A DNA stretch of 64,000 nucleotides from assembly GCF_006345805.1 (NCBI RefSeq), contig NC_043000.1, forward strand, positions 37,386,001 to 37,450,000, given 5' to 3'. This DNA is from Octopus sinensis. Lineage: Eukaryota. The notes under the pieces are model-generated. The model saw only the letters and a list, made by a program, of their open reading frames with translations, was not told where the DNA came from and ran no database searches. Each line of letters opens with the position of its first letter. Positions within the stretch are counted from its first letter, which is position 1. The translations under genes and the position numbers were made by a program. Shown one piece after another: positions 40,372 through 50,811 of the stretch.

Positions 40372-41458
40372 CCCTTTCGTTACTATATTTCTGACCAAAA
40401 TACACCCCTTATGTGTTTCAATTAATTTCTAACATAATCATAAATTTAGTCTGGTTTCATTAAACAACTATAACTTTTTTATTTATCAATATATTAATCT
40501 GATTTTTGGAAGATAATTTAATGAAATATTCTCAACCAATTCTATACTATAATTTTTGTCACAAAGTGACTCTAATTGCAGGTAGATACAGGTAAATTCA
40601 ACAAAATATAAAATTATTAAAATTTTGTTCAAACATCGCTATAGAAAATGGGTTATTAGCTAATATTCAATTGGGTATACAACAAAATTTTACGACAGAA
40701 TTTGTTATTCTGGGTAACTTTCTGATACCCATGATAATATTTATGGCAAAATAGTCTTAATTTCATTTAAGGTTGTGGGAAACCACTAACTATCCTTTCT
40801 TTCGCTTTGTTTACATTTAGCGTAACGGTTCGTTTCTGCCGTAATGATTTCAAATAGGCTCATTCAAAAAAGTAAAAAGAAATAGTCTAAGGCTTTACTC
40901 TCCTGGGAAAGTCTGTGGCTTGGTCCAGTTTCTTCAGAAAAATCACCGAAAGAAACAGTTTTTAAATTTTCACTCCATTCAGGTGCCAATTCATTTTCTT
41001 TATCGCTGTCGGAGCTCTCGGATTCACTGTTTTCACTTTCGGAAAATGAAACATCAGATTCATTATCAAATATCACATGCTTTTTTTTTTTCAGTCATAG
41101 AGTTAGATTTATGAAGGTCTTCAGTAGAAAATCCTTCAAATTCTGACTCGCTGCTTGATATAATGAAATTCGTATCCATTTTTTGTCAGAATTACAAATT
41201 TTGAAAACACAATAGAAACAAATTTCGGAAAAAAATCTCCCAAAATTCACAGAAATAAAATTACACTTCGATTGTTGTACAAAACTGTAGTTGAACTGTT
41301 TACGAAGTATAATACATGTTTTCACGAATGTACTAAAGAGATTTGCTCTGATATTCTCATTTAAATATGAATAGGTAAATACGGGCGGGTTTGGGCAGTT
41401 TGGTCACATTAATCAAAATTTTTTTCGGGCGGCTTTGGGCAGTTTGGTAACGAAAGGG
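40372..41458 (-). mobile_element. Non-autonomous piggyBac derivative (1087 bp) retaining the transposase N-terminus
   Basis: Perfect 12-bp TIR CCCTTTCGTTAC/GTAACGAAAGGG with TTAA TSDs (40368-40371, 41459-41462). ORF 41076-40864 is acidic and carries FSEETGP...ALDYFFLLF. Subterminal gggcgg(g/c)tttgggcagtttggt repeats. Confidence 0.92.
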
Positions 41459-41484
41459 TTAAATTTAGTTCTTAACATTTAGAT

Positions 41485-42045
41485 CAGCGGTTCCCAAAAT
41501 TTTTGGGCCACTCCCCACCCCTCATGGCCACATAATACCCTCAGCGCACCCCACTCGTTTTATGTATAAATAAATATTTTACTAATTTATGTATACTATG
41601 AATCATTTGATATTTAATATACCGCCTTACTGGCACCTGTGCTGGTGGCATGTGTAAAAAGATTCGAGCAATGTTGTTGCCAGTACCGCCTGACTGGCCC
41701 CCGTGCCGGTGGCATGTAAAAGTTAGGAAGGGCATCCAGCTGTAGAAACTCTGCCAAATCAAGATTGGAGCCTGGTGCAGCCATCTGGTTTGCCAGCCCT
41801 CAGTCAAAATCGTCCAACCCATGCTAGCATGGAAAGCAGACGTTAAACGATGATGATGATGATGATGATATATAATTTGTATACAATACTATAATAATAT
41901 TATGATAAATTCATAGCGTTCCCCAATCCACAGCCTTCCTCCCAACACCTTTTTCTCAACTGCCCCCTTAGGCACCAGCGCTCACCTGGACCGTCTCAAC
42001 GCTCTACCGGGGCGGGGGCAGTAGCGTCTACTTTGAGAACCTATG
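41485..42045. mobile_element. hAT (Charlie-like) non-autonomous element containing a nested RTE tail
   Basis: TIR CAGCGGTTCCCAAA / TTTGAGAACCTATG (11/14) and a perfect 8-bp TSD ATTTAGAT (41477-41484, 42046-42053). Confidence 0.85.
41625..41870 (+). mobile_element. RTE 3'-tail repeat nested in the hAT element
   Basis: Consensus tail ending gacgttaaacgatgatgatg. Confidence 0.85.
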
Positions 42046-42485
42046 ATTTAGATAAACTATATTTAGCTGTTGCTGTTTAGCCCTAGGTCATTGTTTTGCC
42101 TTCATCGCTCTTTCCAGCTGCAACTTTCTCAGCTTTAGTCTTTGTTCAGATGTACATACTGCTTCGAGGATTACAAGTTCAATAACTTTCTTTTTACGAT
42201 AGAGTGTAATATGAGGGAGATTTGGCAGCTATTTCTAGCATTGGGTTTTATAACTGCATTGGGGCTTGCTTCCCCTTCTTGATCTTGGGTGTATACTTAG
42301 TAATATTAGTTGGAGCAGTTTGTGTCTCCACAATAAACATGCACATCACCATCATTTTGCATCTGCTGTCCATACATGTACATACATTATGGCTGCAAAT
42401 GTGTTTGAGTATTGCTATTGTCTGCTTGAAAGACCCACACATGTGAAGGCTACGACCAGCCATTTTTGTGATAGGTCTTACTTAT

Positions 42486-43148
42486 TTTAGCATTATGTCG
42501 TGCTTGAGAAGAAGACCCATCAAGCCAAGCAAAATCGCACTCGTAACAGATACTGGTGTCACAGACATGGCACTCATGCCAGTGGCATGTAAAAGGACCC
42601 ATTACATTCTTGGAGTGGTTAGCGTTAGGTAGGGCATCCAGCTGTAGAAACTATGTCAAATCAGATTGGTATCTGCAGCAATCTTCCAGCTTGCCAACCC
42701 CAGTCAAACTGTCCAACACATGCCAGCATGGTCAGTGGACATTAAATGATGATGATGATGATGATATATAAAATAAAAAAGCGTGAAAAAACTACACTCT
42801 TTTTTCACTCTTTTTTATATTTTATACATCCAACCACGTGCTTTCACACACCAACTCTGTCACCTATATATATCATCATCATCATCATTTAATGTCCACT
42901 GACTATGCTGGCATGTGTTGGACAGTTTGACTGGGGCTGGCAAGCTGGAAGGTTGCAGCAGATACCAATCTGATATGATATGGTTTCTACAGCTGGATGC
43001 CCTTCCTAACGCTAACCACTCTGAGAATGTAATAGGTCCTTTTACGTGCCACTGGCATGAGTGCCATTTGTGTGACACCAGTATCTGTTACGAGTGCAAT
43101 TTTGCTTGGCTTGATGGGTCTTCTTCTCAAGCACGACATAATGTTAAA
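42486..43148. repeat. Long inverted repeat: arms 42486-42770 and 42865-43148, built from an RTE 3' end
   Basis: Manual alignment gives 16 substitutions and one GAT indel over ~284 bp. The right element continues to ~43390. Confidence 0.92.
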
Positions 43149-43719
43149 GGTCTTGGTTATTGCTTCCATGAGGCCCAATGCTTGAAAGGTGCTTTTTTAT
43201 GTGCCACTAGTATGGGTGCCAGCTACGTGACACCAGCATCAGCCACAACTAAGATTTGACTTGACTTGACAAGTTTTCTCAAGCACAGCATATCACCAAA
43301 GGTCTCAGTCACTAGTTATTGCCTCTGTGAGGCCCATAGTTTGAAGATCACGCTTCACCGCCTTGTCTTTCTGGGTATATCTCTACCACAATTAGTATTC
43401 CTGGGTATATCTCTACCAAAAGTCACCCCCACACACAAGTAAAAAATTACATGTATCACACATAATGTATATGCACTGTCTTGAAATCAATACATCAATA
43501 TGAGATATTATATCAGAACAAATACTGATGTAAAAGGCCTATCAACAGTGTAGATACATTGAATATGATTTGTAAATGTGTATTTTAATTTAATACTGCC
43601 TCAACAGCATATACTGGATACGCATATACACACATTATGGATGTGAGTGTGATATATATACTGGGCCTCACTGAGAAAATGACAAGAGACCAGAAGTAAC
43701 AATTTGTTGATCTTGATAA

Positions 43720-44020
43720 GATACATTAAGCTAAGTAAAATCACTGTCTTCCACACATACAGGCTTGTCCTTTCAGGCACTGGCACCACATAAAAAGTAG
43801 CCATGCTGGTACTGCACAAATGCACCTGTGCAGGTTGCACCGTAAAAGGCACCCAGCACACTCAGTTAAGTGAGTGGCATTAGGAAGGGCATCCAACTAT
43901 AGAGACCATGCCACAACAGGCAATTGGAGTCTGGACAGCTCTTTTGCTGGTAAGCTCCATGTTAAATTGTCCAACTCATGCCAGCATGGAAAACAGGTGT
44001 TAAACAATGATGATGATGAT
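43720..44020 (+). mobile_element. Degenerate RTE 3'-tail repeat copy
   Basis: gtggcattaggaagggcatccaactatagag...ccaactcatgccagcatggaaaacaggtgttaaacaatgatgatg. Confidence 0.75.
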
Positions 44021-44283
44021 AAACATATATTTATATACATACACACACACACATATGTATACATCCATATATAATACATAGGTTTCTTAAGAGCTTTATG
44101 ATAAGAATGTACACCATGTATTGTTTATGAGAATTCTACATAGTTCACACTATAGAACAATGTTTCTGATTGATCTAAATGTTATAAGAGGAAGTGCAAA
44201 AGTACCCTCCTCTTCACATGTGTATGTACATATATATATATATATACTTATATGCATACACATGTGAAGAGGAGAGAGAGTGA

Positions 44284-44322
<39 letters not shown>

Positions 44323-44891
44323 CACATATATATATATAAATACACACACACACACACACACAGAGAAAGTAATGTACTATTTTGGGGTGTGTCAGAGGCT
44401 ATATTTATTCTTGATATACTTTTTAATGCTCAGTGTGTATGAGTTTACAATTAGCTTAGGTATATATTTCACACAACTGGTTTGTGTGTATTGACTATAT
44501 TTAGTCTTCACACTACAAGTGTGTGAGTGTATAATAAGTTCATGTGTACATTTAGTACTTCTATTTTATGTATTTTTTATCAACATATTTCATCTAAGCA
44601 CTCTAAGTATGTGTACATTTAGTTCGAGTGTATACTTAGTAATACTAGTTGGTGGAGATTAGATATATATATGTTTAGTTTTGCTACAACAAGCATACAC
44701 TTTATTTCCTCAACATGTTTATATATATATATATCAAAGAATATATTGAAATATGTCACAAACATATTTTAACTAACTAAAAGTTTGCTTATGTCTAAAC
44801 ACTGCTTGGTGCTGATACTGCTGAATATATATATATAAATAATTATTTCTAAATTTCTGAGTGAGAAACATTTAGTAACAGTACTCTAGAG

Positions 44892-45136
44892 TAAAGATTA
44901 TTTGCCAACATAATATAGCAGTCCTGGTTCAGATGAATGTTACTGTTACATAGCCCCAGGAAACATCATCTCCAGCTGGCTAAAGCTGAGTGAGGACACT
45001 AAACTCCCTTGTTTGAAAATATAAGAAAGCAGGTAGTGTGTCAATAGCCAACTGGAAATGATGTGTCTTGGGGCTAAATAACAGTAACATTCGTCCGAAA
45101 TAGGACTGCAACATTATGTTGGAAAATAATCTTTTA
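44892..45136. mobile_element. Fold-back MITE with ~90-bp terminal inverted repeats
   Basis: taaagattatttgccaacataat...ccagctggcta (44892-44982) is the inverted counterpart of tagccaactgg...attatgttggaaaataatctttta (45046-45136), about 80% identical by eye. Confidence 0.8.
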
Positions 45137-45321
45137 TTCTCTCTCTCTCTCTCTCGCTATATATATATATATATAGTAAAGCCAGTTGCTACATCAAAGT
45201 GGCTGTTAAATATTACTACCAGTTTAACCCCAGGCAGATTCTCTGCCCGTGGGTAATTGGTACGACACTGCACCCTTTATATACAATATACTGTTAGCAA
45301 GGGGAGCAAATGCTTACCACC

Positions 45322-45405
45322 CTCTAGCAGGTATCCGGATTGTGAGACTGACTCAGTTTCAAGCTATTTGGCTCATCCTCAGTCATGAGCACCTGTATGC
45401 CAGAG
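45322..45405 (-). ncRNA. Type I hammerhead ribozyme motif, partly decayed
   Basis: Minus strand: CUCUGGCAUACAG GUGC UCAUGA CUGAGGA U GAGC CAAAUA GCUU GAAA CUG AGU CAG UC^ UCACAA UCCGGAUACC UGCUAGAG. Both core boxes, stems I-III and a GUC cleavage triplet (45348-45346) are in the correct order. Confidence 0.85.
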
Positions 45406-46189
45406 TGAAAGCCAGAGTCTACTAATGCTTTTAATATATTGTAAACAAAGTGACCATCTGTCACAGATTTGCAACAAGCAAAATAGCTAATTGTAAAATC
45501 TCACGAAGAGACGAGAGTAGTAAATATTTATATATATAATGTTTACTACTGGCATAATAGACAGTGGTCTGATTTCATGATCATAGTATTTACTTCAGCA
45601 TCCCAATTTAGACCCTCTTTGGAGGATTTTAGTTTAGAATCACAGTTTTACAACCCCATTATAAGGAATTATATTTTATTTCAATTTCTTATCTGTGGTT
45701 AGGTTTTTCTTATGCTAGTCAGTGAAGTGATAAATATTGTCTTCTATTACTTGAGGGTGCTTCTACACAGCCATTTAACATGCCAGAAATATCAGTAAAT
45801 ATCCTTCAAATTACACCCTACCATCCTAAAAAAGAAAAAAACAAATTAAATAATGTCATGGTAGACACAGTGTGACTTCAAAAGTTTTAGTCCACAGTTC
45901 TGCTTGATTAAGGTTGAGCTGAGGTTAAACAAAACCAACATCCCCATTCAAACATTCACTTTTCCAATATTGCATGTGTCAGATGGAATTTGACAAGGCA
46001 GGTTTCATATGGCTGAATTCCCTTCCTGTTGCCAACCCTCATCTGTTTCCAAGTAAGGTCATATTTCCCCACGGCTGAATTGGTTTCCATAAGGACACCA
46101 CTTGCATGATGGTGATATCTATTTGTACCAGTCACACTATGTCACAAAAAGGAGATGCAAGCACACACATATATACATGCACATATATA

Positions 46190-46343
46190 ACTGTTTTCTT
46201 TTAGTTTCTTGATCAAATTTACTCACAAGGCTTTAGTTGTCTCAAGACTGTATTAGAAGGCACATCCCCAGGGTGCCATGCGGAAGTACTGAACTCAAGA
46301 CCACATGCTTGAGGAATGAACTTACCAACCACACAGCCATGCC
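46190..46343 (-). mobile_element. tRNA-derived SINE (family C), head and body
   Basis: Minus strand begins ggcatggctgtgtggttggtaag and has a B-box-like gagttcagtac. Related copies at ~57400-57545, 59160-59285 and 60310-60445 (all -). Confidence 0.7.
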
Positions 46344-46359
46344 CACACCTATCAATATT

Positions 46360-46542
46360 CTTTTCTACTCCAGGCACAAGGCCCAAAATTTTGCGGGGAG
46401 GGTGCCAGTTGATTAGATCGACCCCGAAAGGATGAAAGGCAAAGTCGACCTCAGTAGAATTTGAACTCAGAACTTAAAGACAGACGAAATACTGCTAGGT
46501 ATTTCGCCCGGCATGCTAATGTTTCTGCCAGCTTGCTGCCTT
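46360..46542 (-). mobile_element. Family B tRNA-SINE with a 16-bp target-site duplication and an internal deletion
   Basis: TSD CACACCTATCAATATT at 46344-46359 and 46543-46558. CpGs retained. The middle is collapsed at tcgacccc relative to the longer copies. Confidence 0.9.
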
Positions 46543-46584
46543 CACACCTATCAATATTAACAATAGATATGCTTAGTGAAGTAT

Positions 46585-46800
46585 GATTCGTGGAGGTGGC
46601 TGAATCAATAAAAGCTTTAATCAATTCTAAATCTTAGCTAGTTTACTTTTCCCTCTTTCTCCCAGGTTCGAATCCTGCAGCAATTGACATAGGCTTTCAA
46701 TCTTCTATTGAGAATATGTAAGTGGCAGTATTAAAGAGAGGTTGATATAATTGAATATAACCCCATCTCTCTCTCTCTCTCTCTCCAACAAAACATCGAC
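46585..46800 (+). mobile_element. Diverged family B tRNA-SINE
   Basis: A-box-like gtggctgaatcaat, B-box ggttcgaatcc, tail gaccttgtgcattgttggcaagaag. Confidence 0.6.
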
Positions 46801-48435
46801 CTTGTGCATTGTTGGCAAGAAGAAATTTCTATTTAAATATCAACACCTTGCAACTGTGTATGTTTAGTTCAGTACATAAGTGTTGTGATAATATAGCTAT
46901 GCCACTCATACTTAGGTATATTATTTGATAAACTGCTATATTTAATTTGTCACAAGCAGTATATAACTTATTTAGTATTTCTATTCTATTTCATTCATAT
47001 CACTTACTTTCTCATTTGTTTAATTCAACTGTCAGTAGATTATGTTAGCTATTCAGTACTTCTAGCGCATCTATATTTTGCATGCTGCTGCTGCTACTAC
47101 ATCTACTACTGCTAGTAATTCATTTGTTTTGTTCAATACTACTAATTTTCATATATATATATATATACACACACATTTATTTACTGATTTTTTCCCCCTT
47201 TGTTTTAGTCTTGTTTGTTTGTTTGTGTCTTCTCTATGAACAATTCTTGTTGGTAGCATAGCAACACAAACAGATGCATATTGTTTTCCTACTGGCTTAC
47301 ACAATGTAAATCGCTGCTGGTGACTTCATTTCTTCTATCCTTTTGCCAGGCTGAAGTTAGAATCATGAAAGAGCTTGTATAATCCAGTCAAAATCTTCGC
47401 CGCTCAATCAGCCAATGACATGCCCTCCTTTCACTCTAATCTGCTTTCAATAATTTGTGTATTAAGATTACATCTCTATTTAGCTACTTTATCCTTAAAT
47501 TCTAGGCCAAAACTAGATCAGATACACACATATAGATAGATTACATATAAATAGACAACGTTAATGAATGACACTTTATACACAGGTGTAGTAATTTGTG
47601 TGTGCTTATGCATGTGTATGTATGAGTGTGTATGCATACAAATAGACAAACAGACTAATGTATGAGTTCATACATTGTTAATTAATGAATTCTTATGACT
47701 GTTAGTACTGAGAACATGTATTTGGCATCTACACACAAATATGAGCGCGCGCACACACACACACACACACATACCTAGAGAGACAGACAGATGTGCATAT
47801 TTTGTGGGGTTTTGTGTTTATGTTTGGTTCTGTAAGCTTTTATTTTCCCTCATTATATATTCTTTCACTGCCTCACACCACAATTTGAGACTAAGCAAGT
47901 TTAATATTTTAAATAAAATTGAATATTTTTCTTTAAATTGAAGCACCATTAATAGTTAAAACTAATCAAGCAAGGAGTGTAACAGCAAATCAATACTTAA
48001 TAATATATTCAGTTAATTAAATTATATAGTTTTCTAATGCATACCTATTGATATTTTCATCTATCTACTTTTATAAATCCCACAAGAGAGGTAAACATGA
48101 TTGGTTATTTTGAACATGATGTTTTATGAAAGAATAGAATTGTGGTAGTCATTTTTGAGGGGAGGGCAATTAATGAGACATGTATTAAAACTGGGTCCTG
48201 ATTTTGATTTGTAGAAGAAATAATCTGAAATAATTAAGTTATTTCAGATAATGTGGTGGAGTAGCAGAGACATTCATTCTCTCACAGTCTGAGTTCAAAT
48301 CTTGCCGGAATGAACATTCCTTTTTATCCTGATAAAATAACTACTCAGTATATATTGGGACTGATTCATTCAACTAAACCTCACCCGGCCAATTTTGTAG
48401 ATTTGGACCTCACATGAAAATATTATTAATGACAT

Positions 48436-48848
48436 AAATGTGGCTGTGTAATTAAGAAGTTTACCTTGCTGCAACATGCTTTGGTTTGGGATTCAGTCCC
48501 ATGGTAAAGTACTTTCTACTGTAGCCTGGAGCTGAAAAACAACCTTGTGAGGGAAATTTAGTTGATAAAGACCATGCAGAAGCCTATTACATAATGTGTG
48601 TGTGTGTGTGTTTATCTGCATGTTCTTTGGCACTGACATCACTTGGATAGCAGCAATGTATATTTAAGTGCAACATAAACAATGACTTGCAGCTCAGTTG
48701 TTCAAAGAACAAACACTCGCGAAATAAAGTAGCTTACTTGGGAACAAGGGCTGGTGCCAAGAAGGGAATCCAAATGTAGAACACTGCCCCAAGAAGTCTT
48801 GTCCGACCCAGATATAAAAAGAAAAATGATATTGACAACGATGATGAC
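48436..48848 (+). mobile_element. Long family C SINE ending in an RTE-like tail
   Basis: tRNA-like head gtggctgtgtaatt...gggattcagtccc, body and (TG)n, then aagaagggaatccaaatgtagaa...ccgaccca...acgatgatgac, which resembles the RTE tail. Confidence 0.6.
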
Positions 48849-49386
48849 TAAATGAAGTTGGCAGGGAGTCAGCTTACCAATAAAGGTATTCATCTTTCAT
48901 ACTTCATCACCGTCGCCTTTAGTATTTTGCTGTGAACCTAGTAAAGATATTTTAAATCTTATGGTTCAGTTCACTTAATAGTGAATAAGAAACAAACATA
49001 TGGCAAACATATGTTTGCATAAATTAAAGGTTATTATTGTCAATAATATCATTTTGTTGTGATCTATGAATGTAATGCTTTCACTATGGAATGAAATCAA
49101 AGATATAATCTATGATATACATAGGATATAGTTTGTGAAAGAAATTTCTTCTTAAACTATGCAGATAATCTATTATAGATACACTATTTATATTATTTGT
49201 AAGTCAGTTGATTTATACATATTTTAAACTGATTATAATCTATATTATAGATGTATTTATTTGTTTTTAGAATCCATAGTTTTGAGGCAGCTATTGAATT
49301 TCTGTTCAAGTCCAACTATAAGCACCCTTCTCATATGGAAATGGGATGTAGAGTGCATCAAGACTTGTTAAGGCATTGCCAGTGCA

Positions 49387-49432
<46 letters not shown>

Positions 49433-50811
49433 ATGCTTTCAATTTCATTCTATTATTAACATTATCTTTTTTTGAAGTCAAATAAAAATAAGAGATAACA
49501 TGTCTCATGTTAAAAGAGGACAAGTGGTATAACAAAGAATATAATTTTCAAAGATCTTTTATAAAACTTGCACCTTTACTGCTATCTTTGAAGACACAAC
49601 ACCAGCTAAATGATCAAGCATTTTGAGGAAAATACAATTTCACAAGAAATTACGTATTTCATCATCATCATCATCATCGTTTAGTGTCCGTTTTCCATGC
49701 TAGCATGGGTTGGACAACTTTATCTACTTTCATAAGTAGATAATGTTTTCTATAATGTCTTCAATATATTTCCAACAATTTTACAATATTCAAAATATTT
49801 TTGATAGATAAATCCAACTTGATTCAGAAGATTGTCTTTATGTATCAATAGTGTTTAGCATTTGATAATTATAATTATGTAAACTGGAAAACTATTCTAT
49901 AAACTAGATTCCACACAATTAAAAGACACTAAGCATGTAAAGAGCATAGCACAGATTAAACTACTATTGTATGACTGCTAATATTTGCTTCAGCTTTACA
50001 TTGGTACCAGAGAGAAGCCACCTCATACTGAGTAAATAATGTCTTCAGATTTCAACAGTATTAGCTAAAATAGTAAAGTATGTCTTAGATAATTTAGTCA
50101 CGTCTTTCAATATTCTGAAGTTAAATCTAGTATGGGTTAACTTTGCCTTTCACTCGTTCAGGATTGATAAACTGTGCTTTGTACCAAAATTGTTGTATAG
50201 TAAAGTATAAGATTAGCTGTCAGTTTGAAATTATAACATCATTTGAATAGTATTTGAGAAAGGCACATAACACAGCTTACCTGCAACTAGCTGGTTGATA
50301 TTATTACTGGACTAATTAGTTATGTCTAAATTTTTCAAAACTGCATTCAACCCATGCCAGCATGAAAAGTGGATGTAAAATGGATAGTGATGAACATCTA
50401 TTATAATTTTAAGCAAGGAGCTTATGCTTTAGCCTTTAATTATCAGTTTACTGAGACATTGGCTTGGTATTTGTATTAAAATAAATCAGGGTCTAAGGAA
50501 ATTAATGTTAGTCCATATAAAAAAATTTAATGCATAAAATTCACAAATATGAATAATTCTAAATGCCATTGTGAACACATGAATTCTTATAAATCAGTGC
50601 AGAGTCAATCTTTAGATAAAAATAAAAAAAGAAAAAAATGAATTGTTTTCTGTTATTCATGTTGCAGAGAAATAGATTGGGGCAGAAGTCATTTGTCTTA
50701 GGTACAGAAGATATAAAATAGCTGGCTGTAGAGCATAACAGAATATAAGCACATGGGCTGTGATTTCATATCTGCTGCTCTGCCCACTATGCTATTCCTT
50801 TTGATGTTTAA

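Noticed and set aside
46666-46676. GTTCGAATCC and similar B-boxes as tRNA genes
   Set aside because: No cloverleaf can be formed. Each is followed by SINE body sequence.
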